DNA from: Squalus acanthias
Taxonomy: Eukaryota
Length of the DNA: 64,000 nucleotides
Reading direction: 5' to 3'
Assembly: GCA_030390025.1 (NCBI GenBank)
Contig: CM059432.1
Span: 19,842,001 to 19,906,000 of the forward strand
The first letter of the stretch is position 1. Each line of letters opens with the position of its first letter. A model generated the notes under the pieces. The model saw nothing but the letters and a program-made list of their open reading frames with translations, was not told the origin of the DNA and ran no database searches. A program made the translations under genes and the position numbers. Shown piece after piece: positions 62,600-64,000 of the stretch.

Positions 62600-64000
62600 T
62601 ACAAGATAAGAGCGCACGAGGTTGGGGGTAATATATTGGCATGGATAGGGAAGTGGCTAACTAACAGAAAACAGAGAGTTGGGATAAATGGGTTATTTTC
62701 CGGTTGGCAACCAGTAACTAGTGGGGTGCCAAAGGGATCAGTGCTGGGGCCTCAACTATTTACAATCTATATTAATGACTTGGATGAAGGGACCGAGTGT
62801 ACTGTAGCCAAATTTGCTGATGATACAAAGATAGGTGGGTTAGCAAGTTGTGAGGAGGACACAAAGGGCTCGATTTTCCAAGCCCCGTGGAGGTGGGTTT
62901 GGAGGCGGGAGTGGTGGGAAAATTGCAGATTCAGGGGGCACGTACCCATCCCGCCCCCAACCCGCCTCCATGCCAATGTCCCAGGAGGCGGGTACCCGAC
63001 CTGTGCTGGGAGCCGCCTCCCCGAGGCGGGAAGGGGATTAGTGCCAATTAACTGCCTGTTAACAGGTAGTTAACAGGCAGTTTTTTGGCTAATCCCTATT
63101 TTTAGCCCTGAAGTGTGGGCTGCCCGACGGCTCCAAACCACGGCAAGTTATCGAGGCGGACCGTCGGTCTGCAAGGCTTGGAGGGGTTGAGATGTCCAGT
63201 GTACAGGTGAGTGATGGGTGCATGAGTGCAGAGGTAAGTGCGTTTGGTGTGTGTAAAGTGTTTTAATAAGTTTTACTTACCTTTACTTTCTCCTCCAGGC
63301 TTCCTCCCTTCAGGTCTCGGGAGTCCCTCAGCTCACCGGCACAGAAAGCAGAATGGCCGCTGAGCTGTCAAAAGCTGCAGCCTTTGCTTTCTGGTCTGGA
63401 CAGCTCTCTAACTGAGTCTGAGTAGAAGGACTCAAGTTAGAAGACAGATTGTCAGTGTTTGACAGCTTCACAGAGCTGGGTTGGCCACAAATCGATGGAG
63501 GCGGGACTACAACTCAAAAAGTGGGAGTCCCGCCTCCATCACGTCCCCATTGACAAAATCCAGCCCAAAGAGTCTGCAAAGGGATATAGATAGGTTAAGC
63601 GAGTGGGCAAAAATTTGGCAGATGGAGTATAATGTGGGAAAATGTGAGATTATCCACTTTGGAAGGAAGAATAAAAAAGCAAATTATTATTTAAATGGTG
63701 TGAGACTACAAAATGCTGCGGTACAAAGGGATCTGGGGGTCCTAGTACATGAAACACAAAAAGTTAGCATGCAGGTAAGCAAGTAATTAGGAAGGCTAAT
63801 GGAATGTTGGCCATTATTGCAAGGGGTATGGAGTATAAAAGTAGGGAAGTTTTGATGCAACTTTACAGGGCGCTGGTGAGACCGCACCTGGAGTACTGCG
63901 TACAGTTTTGGTCTCCATATTTAAGGAAGGATATACTTGCATTGGAGACAGTGCAGAGAAGGTTCACAAGGTTGATTCCTGGGATGAAGGGGTTGACGTA
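62600..64000 (+). mobile_element. CR1 LINE RT region, interrupted by a MITE, running off the window
   Basis: [11 protein letters not shown]...[10 protein letters not shown]...LQRDIDRLSEWAKIWQMEYNVGKC. Confidence 0.92.
62866..63566. mobile_element. PIF/Harbinger-type MITE inserted in CR1
   Basis: TIRs GGGCTCGATTTT / AAAATCCAGCCC; TSD AAA; excision restores CR1 GAGGACACAAAGAGTCTGCAAAGG. Confidence 0.88.

Overview
Repeat-dense vertebrate genomic DNA. The repeat families (Deu-domain SINEs, a V-SINE, CR1, L2, RTE, Penelope and PIF/Harbinger elements) suggest a cartilaginous fish; this is an inference. I could not identify a host protein-coding gene, and nearly all longer ORFs are LINE or transposon fragments. 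The main feature is a ~9.7 kb defective endogenous retrovirus at 47670-57400. It has two ~96.5%-identical TG...CA LTRs, an 18-nt tRNA-Ser primer-binding site, a coiled-coil gag stub and a heavily deleted but retrovirus-type pol. Its nearly complete, frameshifted env reconstructs by eye as a paramyxo/pneumovirus F-like class I fusion protein, an architecture that matches lokiretroviruses. The window also holds a 782-bp solo LTR, two multi-layer nested insertions with readable TSDs, a Penelope element with a minimal hammerhead ribozyme, Harbinger and hAT MITEs, minisatellites and a locally templated duplication. Boundaries without TSDs are approximate, and all family assignments come from motif recognition without database searches.
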